Source of the DNA: Balanoglossus misakiensis
Taxonomy: Eukaryota; Animalia; Hemichordata
NCBI GenBank assembly: GCA_040954595.2
Contig: CM082581.2
Coordinates: 7,211,959 to 7,275,958, forward strand
Reading direction: 5' to 3'
DNA: 64,000 bases
The notes under the pieces are model-generated. The model was given only the letters and a program-made list of their open reading frames with translations. It did no database searches and was not told the origin of the DNA. Position numbers and translations under genes: made by a program. The first letter of the stretch is position 1. Each line of letters opens with the position of its first letter. This document shows, piece after piece, positions 40,501 to 52,838 of this stretch.

Positions 40501-43500
40501 AGGAAATTTTCAAAAATAAAAAAAAAGCCCAACGGATAGTGACATCTCAGGCTTAATGGCTGTGAGGTCAAGCCTCGCGTCATCTATCGGAAATCGACAG
40601 GTGTGTTCTGTTTAAGAAAGGGAGTCTTAAGTCTCGGAGATTTTTGTACTCGAGACAGTCTTTCAAGAGATAAACCCTTTAAAGTGGTCGTTCAGAACAA
40701 ATTCTGGCGTCGAAAATGGGGGTTTGTTTACACAAAGCCCGTCTCAAATCGGCCACTCCGAGTGGTGTCTACAACTACACGGCCATGAGCTCGGGAAACG
40801 TTTTCTTATGAACGCAGTGATTGTACATTCATTAGTCAGAAATTTTGCTTCGCAGGATATAACTCTGTTCCCGTCACAAAATACAGCCATCTCCTCTCCG
40901 ACTAATATTATTGTATAATGTAATATTGTTCTTTTTAAAACTTAGTATTAAAGAAGACATATGATCTCCATTGACATTGACAATAAGACTTACTCGTGAG
41001 AATTCTGAGACATTAACTCGTAAAAAAATTAAGAGATTGAGAGAGTGGCCCTCAACGCACATAAGCGTCATCCAAGACCATACCTAAAGTGACAGAGAAT
41101 TGGCTTGCCAAACTGATTATCATATGCCAATCAAGTCGAATTTCAATGCTTGCTAATACTTTAAAGTAACACTAAACCACTCTCAGTTTCTGTATCATGA
41201 AATTTACGCTAAGGCTAAAAGTCCATTGCTGGTGTGACTTGTACAAACCTGTCGACAAGGGCCTTTTCAAGTCCTCTTTTTCCTGGCTGTTTGGACAGGA
41301 CCACAAAACTTCATGATGACGACTCTTCGTTTTGACCCTCGTCGCGGAAACAATAAGCGCCATGTCTTCGGATTATCAGAGTGGCGAAGAAAGACGGCAT
41401 TAAAAAGTCGTTCGGTCTGTGTTTTCGCGGTATATACCGCTGTTACCGTTGGCAACAGGGGCGCGGGGGGAGATGGACGAGTGAGCGCGGACAGGGGACT
41501 TGAGCTCTGAGTCGGTTCGTTCCCATCATCGCTTGGCTGGGGGTGGGTGAGTCATCCCCGACTTGACGGCGACTCTTCCAGCTTAACCCGGGATGGCTCT
41601 CTGTCTCTCGGATGCAGACCGAAGCGGAAGGCGTTAACCGCGCTTGGTATATAGCGTGACGTCAGGCCGTCAGATATTGCATTTCACTAAAATCAAAACA
41701 CCACCTTTGTGGATACTCTGAGTCTGATCATCGACGGTTGTGTCCGCGCGGGTCCCCGGGTATAATCCCCACAATTGCGTATTCATCCCGACGCTGCTTA
41801 CCAGCGCGCCGTGAGAATGCGCCCCTTGTGACTGGATCGCTTTCAAAACCAATGACCCTGTGCGAAGTTGTCTTGACCATTGCAAACCAACACTAATCTG
41901 CACTGCTTTCCGCGGCGGTGAAAAAAAATCCCTCACAGAAGTGTGTCTGCAGATTGATTCTCTCAGTATAGGGCCCATGCATACACTCGGGTCAATACCA
42001 GACTCATGGCACCATACCTGCTTAGTAACAACTCCAGCGACGTAGCAACTCTGTTTAAAGTTTGATTTTGACTCAGACATTTGTACACACTTCAAACGTT
42101 TAGCCAATCATAAAAATATAACCCAATTAAGGAGTATGAAGGTGCGCTATCGTGTTGTCAACAGGGTTCTGTACATAATGACAAAGACGAGTGACCAATA
42201 TCACCACATGGACAGGGTTTTCTATTGTAAACCACGCGTTTTATCAATTCATTTATTTATTTATAATAATTAAATAAATAAAAAAATATTACCATCTCAC
42301 AACAAATATAAAAACATGAGAATGACATTGTATTAACATAAAGACGGTTGATTATCGACTGTCTGACCACCGCCGTGTCTAGCTCAAAACAATTAAACTG
42401 TTATTACAATTTGTATCGCGATCGTATCTTACACCTGTCGCAATACAGAAATGGACAATACCATGGGCGTCGTAAAGGTCGACCTACAGAGGTCAAGTAT
42501 AACCGCAGGTGCTATTTATTACCAGATCATCGTCATCATAATTTAGGAAAAAATGTTGAGTTCCGCCTAAACAAAAATGTTTGGCCAATTATGGAACCAA
42601 GGTGGAAGCTCGGTGATTTGAGATTAGAGATCCGTGCATGAGCATGCACTCACGCGGTAGGGACCCGGCTCACGCTCTCCTCGTCCTCTTGCCATAAACT
42701 GTGAAACTCGCCAGAAACTATTTGGTAAATCGACTTCCAACTTCGGAGACGCAAATTGACGTAGAAATAAAAAAACAATTTTGAATCATTTAATGAAAAA
42801 AACGACTTTTCGGAGACTGGGAAGGCAATTAAAATTGCCTGAACGCCGCCCCGGAGACTTCTAATGGCGTGGGAGGGTCATCCTCCATTCTGGCGACAAG
42901 TGCTATCGTCATGCCCCGTGAAAATAATCAACTAAAACGACCGATTACATATTTGCTCAAAAGTTCAGTAGATATCGGTTTGGAATTCCAATCGCGGCTA
43001 GTCATACGGCCCCTGGCTTGTGGCGGCGGATTTTGGCCAAAATCTAGATCTGCTCAGTGACTCGAACCGTGAATCGCGGGTCATGAAAACTTGGACACGA
43101 ACGGGAACAATAACAAAACAAAGTAACCATAGAAACGTAAACAAATATTTAAGTGAGTAATTGTTTGGAAGTGCGATGTAAAACTGCGCAGTTGTTGAGT
43201 CATTTGGAGCCATGTTGCGTACAATTCTCGTTTTACGGACGCATTGGTGAAACTAGTAATGTACAACTTGTACGCGTAATTTTGGGTTTCGAGACGTGTG
43301 TAATTCGAGTCAGTCGGCCATTACCACATCAATATATGCCCATTACGTCATGTAGCATTTTTTAAATTCACATTTTATTATTAAAGAAGTTTGGACGCTG
43401 TGTGGCGCTCCATCGTATTAAGCAAATCGCCGGAGCTATACTCACCAATATGTAGTTTAATTGATTTTTGTTCGGAAATTTGCGATTCCTGATCATGGTC

Positions 43501-46500
43501 TGACGGTGAATGTAACTGTAAAAATCCTACGCGCTCATATTTCTTGCCGCATACGCCGAGCATCGTCGCAGCGTGCGTACTTCTCCTGCACAAATCATAT
43601 CATCAATAGTATCACCGATCAATCCTTTCAACTCATATATCTTTTATCATTATTTCCCTTTCATGAGAGCATACGCTCACGTGATCTATCACACATGACG
43701 AACTTAGTACACTTGAAGGCGCAAGACCCCCCCCCCCCCTCAGCAGTCAAAATGTAAAAGTACACTATACGGACATATGAAAATGGCGTCACGTATCACC
43801 ATCATTTCAGTGAACTTGCCAACGCATGATCTCATAAAATGCTCTTTAAAATCCATCCTATTAGAAATCTAATGACCTATTTATGAACTATAGGAGATCG
43901 TCACTTTGTTGCCAGGGCAACCGTAACCACCCTAACCGGGGAAGCGGTTTTATGTATACGGGCGGCAGATTCGTACACGGACTGTACCGTGTCGTAGATT
44001 TTTTTTTACAAAGGAACAAGAGATCCCTCGTGCATGTTCGCATACGGTCAAGGGCCAATTAACTGCAAGCTTGGAGCCAGTAGCCCCATGCTCGGCGGCA
44101 GTTTACAGAACAATCGGTTTTCAAGCAACCTTCATATACATGTATATGTAGCGTTTGTCACGATCGTGCAGATTGGAGCCTCTTGGTCACATACACCACG
44201 GGCGCATCAATAGATATCCACGCATATTCCCCATCGGGGATCGTCGGTGTCAACCTTGCCGGCGGCAGATCGTGGGTCTACATATCTATATATAGGAAAG
44301 TATGGTTCGGAGATCCGTAATTGTTGTCAATCGTAATAGTTTCATTACCAGTACCGTTGGTTTGGTGGGGGACGAAAAAGTGATTCATTCGACTTTATTT
44401 TCTTCAATACCATTTTGGAACTTATCCATGATGGCCGTGCCCCCTCCCCTCGCGCAAAGTACTGTTGTCCCTTCTGAACCTGCCTACGAAGTATGGTTAT
44501 TATTTAGTACTACCATAGTACTAGTATATAGATTACTAGTAACCGTGCTGTTATAATTTAATTCTACCCTGGACGATCACAGTAGCCACTGGTCTGCAGG
44601 CCTCCAACGGTCGCTGCACAAGAGTGGCCGTGCTTTTAATACGCAATGACTCTCGTTTCTCACGACTGGAGAAAGTGAGTTGCGGTTGGCATTCTCGCGA
44701 GCCATAGTCATATCCCCCCGAAAATGTTGCCGTAAAGAGGTCGTGTTTACCGTGACGATGGCGGTTGGCCGGTAATCGTTCACGAGTTATTTGGATCCGA
44801 GGGAAGCATGAAACCACCATGGCACTGCTCGGCAACTCCACTTGGTCTTGATCTTGTTCTGACTTGACCTCCGCTCTTTTTTTATCGAGCAAACACATTT
44901 TAGTTTTGTGAGGTGCAGTTACCACAAGGAGTAACTAAAATAAGCCTGGGTTTTATGTCAATCGCGAACAACGGAGTTTAATGACCGGTTACTATACCAC
45001 AACTGCGGTAGCTTCAGAGATTGACAGCAACTTGAACAAGAACGTCGCACTGAGCAGCGGAGAATTGAGAGAGAAAACTTTCGTCGCGTGACAGGGGAAT
45101 ATCTGTGAAAGAACTGTTGTTTTTTCCCAGGACACTTAACTGTTTGCGAATGTCAACAACTTTCGGTACATTCCGATACACGGCGTAAGTCACGATCAAC
45201 AGGGCAACGTCAAAAGCACTATCAATGACCACTGTTGTGCCAATAAACAGTTACCGGGTACACCGAAACGTCTTTGGCACCTGCGTGCGAGTTTGTAAAA
45301 TGTGTTTTCCTTTGTCCCCCTTTTAATTGCCTTATCTGATTTCTTTACACGCGGAGCGTCCGCATCCGGCGAAAAAAGGGGCCCACCCTGCCGATCTGTT
45401 GACAAAGCCGTCCCCATTCGGGCAATTTTCAGGTATATGGCAAATACCTATGGCACCCTAACTTATTAAGTCGGTATGTTAAAATAATAGCGGAATGGGT
45501 TAGCAAACTTGGTCCGACGCAGACCCAGCATCTGCGGCATGCCCGGCGCCACATCTTGAAAACACGAGCCTGGATTAAAAGAGCGGCACTCGAGCAAGTC
45601 TTTCGCCGAGCTCCAGGCAGGCAGCTGCATGCGCTTCTTGGTCGCTGGATGTCGCAGGATGATTGAACCAATGGACATGCGCACTAAACAGCATTTGAAT
45701 TATACTTTATTTGTCCGAGATGACGACTTGCAATCGGTTTGCGAACCAAAAGTTTATTATTGACAAGCATCCCCCAAAACAGAGGCACAAAATTACGGAG
45801 ACGCTAGCGCTCGCATTATTGCACGCGGACTGCACGAGTATAGTTCACTGCTTCACAGCCCCTCTGCGGACTGTTATGTTACCATTTTGCATCTGTTTGG
45901 TGGTCAGAAATCAATCAGCCAGGTATAAAAAAATAATTGTGACTAAAAATAACAACATATCGCATGGGAGATCAAGAAACATTTAAACCTTGTAATCGCC
46001 GGCCATATTTTCCCCTGTCAAAATCATAGTGTTGGTGCAGCATTTTCTCATTGTTACTAGTAGACATTAGTTCCCATTGCCGACTCGGAATGGTTTAGAT
46101 CAAACCTTTTTGCAAAAACGTGGTTTCGGAGGTTAATTCTTCTTGAACGATGTCGACAAGTTGACTTTGGAATTGAAAGTGTTAATTCTCTCTGGCCGCC
46201 TCCCCCCCTCCCCAAACTTATAATCGCATTCGTGGGCTACACCACAACAATTGCGGTGTTGGGTGACGATCCGACGGGGCACGGATAAATGCTGCCCAAA
46301 GAACTGAGCAAACAGAGACGGCCCAAGACGGCTTAGGACGAGTGAAGAGAGCTGGCGCCTGGGGTTGAATAATCGCCGAGTAAGAACGGTTCTGAACCAA
46401 CAACTTAGATTCCTCGATCAACAGAATAGTATCTTATATTGCCTTAATCAGCATTAAGACTATAACAAGTATAAAAAGTTAGGCACACACATTAAAGTCT

Positions 46501-46884
46501 CATGACGGAACTATATGTGCCTACTGTGTTGTTCCGTTCGGTTTCTGCCTCCCCGGGATTTTGAAGTTGTGTCTATCATTGTCCGGGAGTCCCGGGAGAG
46601 AAATCGGCCGGTTTTGGGGTCTCGGGGCTTAGCTTTGTGTGTTTTGGGACCCTCTTCACCTGATAACAATACCGATTGGCAGTGTTCTGTCGTTTGTTTT
46701 TGGGGGAGAATTTGGCATCGATAGGGGGGTCGGAACGGTCCCCTGATCGGCCGTCTGAATTGCGTGTAATCCACCCGGATTGAAATCGTTGTTTGCGTTC
46801 GCCTATTCACGGGACATGTGTTCTGGGTGGGAGGGGCTCCCGTGTAATTTGTTGACTCCGCGCTCCGGCTGCCACTCACCGGCG

Positions 46885-46990
46885 CTCCGCCAATCAGAGG
46901 TCACCCCGGAGTTTCCCGGTGGCTGAGTTGACAGTGCTATGCAAATAGGGACAAGAGTCCCCGACCCCGCCTCCCCTATGTATACCTGTA
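46885..46990 (+). promoter_or_regulatory. Hhex proximal promoter
   Basis: CCAAT 46890-94, octamer ATGCAAAT 46939-46, GC box CCCCGCCTCC 46965-74 and a weak TATA-like TGTATA at about 46979, all 170-270 bp before the ATG. Confidence 0.55.
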
Positions 46991-47155
46991 ATAGTCAACA
47001 GTCACTCATTGGGAGAATCACATAGTGCTTTTACGCCAATAAGTGTGTGAGAAGGACGCTATCTACTAGAATCACTTTTACTGGCCTGATTGAACCTTGG
47101 GGAGAAGCGAGGACTGACTCCCAATTTCCCCCCTCATTTTTTTTAGATTTCTGCT

Positions 47156-47528
47156 ATGCAATACCCGTCTGTGCAGGCTTCAGGACTTAACGGACTCGGT
47201 ATGGCTGTCTACGCGCCCACTGCCCTACAACCCCTGCCGGCCGTCCAGCAGGCTCCCGTTCACCACCCGACGCCGTTCTACATCGATAACATCCTCGGAC
47301 ACCACCACGGCCACAGCACCGTCACCCCGGCCAGACCGACGCCGACGATCCCGACCAGCGGCCTGGCGACCGCGTACCGGAGCCCCTTCTACGACCACGG
47401 TCTGCAGACGGCGTTTGCCTCCGCGCCGCACTTGACGTACACGGGGAGCGCTTTCAGTTCACCTTTGTATTATCCGAGACCCGAGTACACAGTGTCACAC
47501 GGACTCCTAGAACGACGAGAAGCCTTAG
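47156..47528 (+). CDS. Hhex: Hematopoietically expressed homeobox (Hex/Prh), coding exon 1: Pro-rich N-terminus with eh1 motif
   Basis: MQYP...LGMAVYAPTAL..HHPTPFYIDNILG...PARPTP matches the HHEX N-terminus (TPFYIEDIL eh1). Donor TAG|GTAAAG, phase 1. Confidence 0.95.
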
Positions 47529-48644
47529 GTAAAGTATTAGTTATATATTTCATTTGGAACTATCTATCTTTCAAAGGTAACTTAGAAATCTCTGGCAGCA
47601 ACTTGCGATGAACTTGTTCATATTTTTATTTGCCGCGTATGAGAAGACCTGTATTTTAGCTGCGTCCGGTATAAACAGGTAATTGTTCGGTGAATGATCG
47701 TAATCATGTCGGTAATTTGTCGGCGAATTGTGATTTATAAATGCCTTCACATGGCAATCAGTTGTCACTTGTCATAAAAACGAAAACTGTCCATTCGGTC
47801 GGTCGGTCGGTGATAGATTGCTCTTGTCGCGCGTCGATTGCGTCAAGAAAAATATTTCCACTGTCACGAATCGGACAGATACCTTTGTTCCCCGGCTGGG
47901 AAAAAGACCAATTCACACCTGAAGTGAAGATTGAAAAGCCAACCGGATGATTAGAGCCCTCAACCCTGCCCGCCAACTCGCGGGCGAAACGACACTGGTG
48001 TGGCGAACTTGTCGGGAGTTTCGGTTGCCGTGGTTACCAACGACCGCGCTTATCGCCCGAGCATTGATATAATGCGCGTTTCAATGTCCATTAGGCCGAT
48101 AAGGGTATTACGATGGCTCCAACAGCCCTGCCTGCCTGCGTGCGTGCCCATTGTGCGTGGGGATGCTGACTCTTGCCTTTTCGGGGGCCGGACCGCAGCG
48201 CGGGCTTTTCACCCCACAAACAGACACAGAACAACACCCAAACAAACGCGAGAGCAGCCGACAAAATTCGAGTAACACCTTCGGTGTGAAAACTAGTAAT
48301 CTGCTGCTGCGCCGTTTCCTGTCCCGCCGCGATAATTCGTCGGTGATGGGACTTTAATTTGTTGATAATAGGGAAATGAGGAGCATGCTTCAGGCGATAA
48401 AAATAAAACTGAGCTTATCAACTCTGTGCAGGGCCGAGGAAATGGGCAAAAAAATAAACCATACTTTATGGGGAACAAGTGACGGTTCTCCGGTTGTTCG
48501 GATATCCGGCAAGTGTTGTTGTAGATTATCAGTTAGTTTTATAAAACGGCGTCAGCAACTGCCGATAAAAATGGTGCTCTTCTCGCTCTTTTTGTTACTC
48601 GTTGATGGTTTGACTTCCTGTCTATTCATCGGCAAAGAGTTTTT

Positions 48645-48657
48645 ATGTATGTATGCA

Positions 48658-48703
<46 letters not shown>

Positions 48704-48708
48704 CGTGT
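48645..48708. repeat. (TG)n/(CG)n alternating purine-pyrimidine tract in Hhex intron 1
   Basis: About 17 TG units followed by (CG)5. Confidence 0.95.
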
Positions 48709-51700
48709 ATATGTAACACCTATAATACATTGTATACTACATAAATGCACAATACATGCACTCATTGTGTGTGCGCGTGTGCGTTTATAAACCCATACTC
48801 AAATCTTGTAATGTATAAATATTAATCGCAGTCTATATTCGACACTGGTCATAATTTGACTTAACCGTGACCGAATGTCTGTTGGGTTTTATCAAAAAAG
48901 GCATCTCGATTAGGAGATAGCCCAAAGTAATACGTCTGTCACTCAAGACAAAAACACCATAATATCAACAGATTATCATGTTTATATCTCTCGTTTTTTC
49001 CTCCCTTTGCCATGTGCATGTTTGGTATCTGCAGTGCCGGACAACTCTTTCCGACGTTCTCCTAAGACCATCTATTGATCATTAAAAAATAAGTATATGA
49101 TTTTCCCCACTTTGTTGTAAAATGGAGAAGTGAGAAACAAGGCGATCAATTGCCCGGCAGACTTCGTTTCACTAGATTTCCGTTTTTAATCTTATTTTTT
49201 TAATGAAATAATTACCGTGCAATCTGTTCGTCTAAAACTTGACGCAGTTTAAACACATGAAATATTCACAACAGGTTAGATAATATGCCTTATCTATGAT
49301 CAAATCGACATTTTAACAGCGACACTGCGAAAATTCAAAAATAACCGTTACGTCTGTCTTTCAAAAATCCGTTGCTTTTGACAATTCATCTTTTTTGGTA
49401 GTGACGTCTGTAAAATAGGGTGGGTCAGCGCGCCAACCGACAAGCTTGTACAGGGACGAGGCAATAACATAAAGAATAGTTTTTTTTTACTGTTGGGCGG
49501 TTTTCAGAGCTTCCCAAATGCCGATGTGTTTTTTAGACACGTACTCTCCAGAATGGACCGACAACAAAGATGATTCACGTTGTAACTCAGTCTACGGAAG
49601 AATACGCGTGAAATGCATGCTTCATGTGCGTGTATCGAAAAGTAAATAGTGTATACAAGTGCTCCAACGAGGAATTCTCCTCGATAGACGTCTATAGCGG
49701 TGCTGGTAAAACACTCGACCTTTTCTCTGTGTTACAATGTTTCAGTGGTGAATTGCCACCGCGTGTTTTTATCCGCGAATACTTCTGTTGTAAAAGTATA
49801 GGGGCTCAGCACACCAACACGCCGTGCTGTACAACCAGCTACAATTTAAACCCATGCGAATCTACTTGGCGAATCGAGACTACAATTGACCGAAATCGAC
49901 AAACAGTGCGCGATTTTACTGTTTGATTTGATAATTGTATAATTGACTCCGCAAATTATCACCGACCGCTTAATTGTCCCACGGGAGTATTAATTTTATT
50001 GCCAGTCTCGGCGCACGCTGCAATCATGACGTGGAGCGAAGAGGGCTCGTGTCACACTAAAGTATCTTGGAAGATTTTTGCTCATATAACAGTGTGGTAA
50101 AACTGCAGTTAACTTGACAGGGGATATTACCAGAGTCAAGAGGAGATATCGCTATTAAAGTCATATATTGCCAATTCATTGTCCTAGTTTAACTACCGTT
50201 TTTTATCACGGCTTGTTGGTTTATCGATCTCGTAGACTATACTAGTGTTTCCCCAGCTTCATTACAAATTTCTCGTTGGACGGATCATAACAACTTTTGT
50301 TGGTGTTTGAAATACTCAGCAGTATGATAAACAAAAAATAACAACAACGATACGACATAGTTATAACAATAGCCGAAGATTGTACACAATGACATAGATT
50401 GTATTTTCTATTCGCGTTGTGTTTGCAAACGATGACATTTTAATAACAAAAAGGTCTATGCGTAAAAACAAAGTTTCAACAAATTTCTGTGACCTTTTAG
50501 TCAAAGAAAAGACTTTCGATCGGCATAAATAAACGGGAAAATTCTTGATTTCCTGCAATTTCAGTCGATATTTGACTCAGTCGGGAAGGCGTCGATGAAA
50601 ACGATGTTGAAATGTACGAACACGAGACACCCATGTCGATATCCTGCAATGTCGCTGCGAAATATATCAGGCGTTTTGACCCCCATCACTCTAGCGGAAA
50701 TCGTAGCGAGCATTCGCTAATTAGCAGAGAATTGCAACAGGGAAAGCGTTTCGACGACTTAGGCACGGGCAATTAGGGCGTGTTTCGACTCTTTGAATGC
50801 CAACAATGGCGGCGTTTCACGCCCATACGCGGCAAACAGTCGGCGAGCAATCAGGGGAAAACCAGCCAGCAATGGCAGCGTCAATTAACGCAGCCCCGGT
50901 TAGTAGTAACTGTTGTTGTACGCAATTTAGGCGTTTCTGAACAAGTTCCTGTGAGTATGAAAGGCCAAGCTTTATTTCGCTAATCCGGTTACGGTAATGG
51001 ACAGCTACGCGCTGTATACCCACTCCAGCGGCATTGTTTCTTTTGCTGTGAAGCTCGAAACCAAACACGGAAACAAGAAGCCGGGCGTCAATTGCTCACA
51101 GCGCAAACAGAAGTGCGAGACAACGGGGCGTAAACGCGAGATAGATTCCCCTCAAATTGAATATTAAAACCATCACAATTTATTTGAACTGCCGCGCCGA
51201 GTGTTTCCTTCATTGAGATGAATGCACGCAGAGTATGCTCTCTATAAAGCGTATATCAAATATGTACTCAGTGAATTATAAAACCCGTACAATTGCCATT
51301 CGTCACTAGTTACCACCCCAAAATGCCCGTTTTGTGTTCAATAGAATTGCGCTTTCTGACTTATTTTTTTATCGTTTAGACTATCACTAACAGAGAACAA
51401 CGGCTGAGCGTTTTGACCAGGCGCGGCGCGACTGTACCGTTGCTTCGAAATTTCTCGTGCCGGACTCTGAAACTATGCGATGTTTTTCACCACAAGTGCC
51501 TATTTTTCAAACCATGTATTAAAAACTCAGTGTTGCTGGGGTTGTCATCTTTTGAGGTGACACGACAATGTGGGTACTCTGGAGCCCATGGAGACAGTAA
51601 CCATGGGAATCTGGTATACAAGACCTGCAATGCTCTCACGGCAACTCGTAATTTTTTGTGTGAAAATTGTAAGACCCCCACCCCGAATATTCACCGCAGC

Positions 51701-51923
51701 GCGAATTGGATGAAACCGTGGAGGTGGCGACCTCCACGCTCAAACCGAACCACCGATTTCACAGAAGAATCGAATCCAGTATCTACAGTAGAAAAATGAA
51801 GTGAAACAACTTGATTTCAAAGACCGCACTAGATAGTGTTGTTACACCCTTTTACAAAGTAATACAAAACCATAAATTGACAATGCGCGGATATCATTTG
51901 GGCGCGGATACAACATTTGCTAT

Positions 51924-52349
51924 TCGGAGTATTGCCGTGTTGATCTTCGGTACAATATACAATAAAGTTCTGTAGCACTCTTTGATCAACAAGTAAATTT
52001 CAGCATAAGCTTTCGGGAACATGTAGTCCCCTTCTTCAGATGCACTCGTGGAATGAACAGACTTAACCGGGACTATGGTTTTATGTCACACTACAAATAA
52101 CTGTCAGTTTTCTGCAGTCCACCACCCCATTTACACATTTGCATTCCATTAACATTTCTATTGTTCTATTTTCACACCCAACGCTTCTTTTGTTTTCCGA
52201 GGCACCTGGTCCTGCAAATATTTTCTAATTTGAATACCCCGTGATTCTCTGTTCATTCCACGAGTGCATTTGAAGAAGGGGCCTACATGTTCCTGAAAGC
52301 TTATGCTGAAATTTACTTGTTGATCAAAGAGTGCTACAGAACTTTATTG
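51924..52349. mobile_element. Penelope-like element remnant with inverted pseudo-LTR arms, 426 bp, in Hhex intron 1
   Basis: 102-bp inverted arms 51960-52061 and 52248-52349 (3 mismatches). 12-bp flanking direct repeat AACATTTGCTAT at 51912-51923 and 52350-52361. The arms carry CTGAAGAAG...CGAAAGCTT, typical of PLE pLTRs. Confidence 0.75.
52003..52043 (-). ncRNA. Minimal type I hammerhead-ribozyme-like motif (PLE-type)
   Basis: Minus strand: GCAU-CUGAAGA-A-GGGGAC(UACAU)GUUCCC-GAA-AGCU-U-AUGC. Stem I GCAU/AUGC, 6-bp stem II, palindromic stem III. Confidence 0.55.
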
Positions 52350-52653
52350 AACATTTGCTATGAGTTTATATTAATTTTCAAGATCATCATACAGACGAAC
52401 GGTGAGAATATGCGGCAGGGCGGATGTAGCCGGATTTTGAGACTCATTCATCACGGGGATATTGTACAAGAGGGTTTGATCGGCAGGAAACATCGACTAT
52501 ATCTGCAGGTAGCAGAGACGAGATCAAAACCATCCACTCTGTCGGTCGCATTACTGCCAAGGACCCTCAAGGTCCGATAAGTGCCCCTGGTGGGAGGAAG
52601 TCTTGTCACCCGATCTGATGTCACTCTTTTTTTTATCTCCCTTCCGCCTCCAG

Positions 52654-52838
52654 TCGCTGGCAAGCCGATGATATGGAACCCGTTCCTGCAACGTCCGCTC
52701 CACAAGCGCAAGGGAGGCCAGGTGCGGTTCTCCAACGACCAGACGGTGGAGCTGGAGAAGAAATTCGAGAGTCAGAAGTACCTGTCGCCGCCGGAGAGGA
52801 AGAAGCTGGCGAAGTCGCTGCAGCTCACAGAGAGACAA
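52654..52838 (+). CDS. Hhex: Hhex coding exon 2: homeodomain helices 1-2
   Basis: Acceptor CTTCCGCCTCCAG|; [60 protein letters not shown]; donor CAA|GTAAGT. Confidence 0.98.

Noticed and set aside
44302-44925. Coding-like ORFs upstream of Hhex
   Set aside because: No family recognised in any frame and several stops; left unassigned.
47529-47611. Read-through extension of the Hhex exon-1 ORF (likewise 52581-52653 and 52839-52949)
   Set aside because: Lies outside canonical splice sites and has no Hex similarity; intronic.
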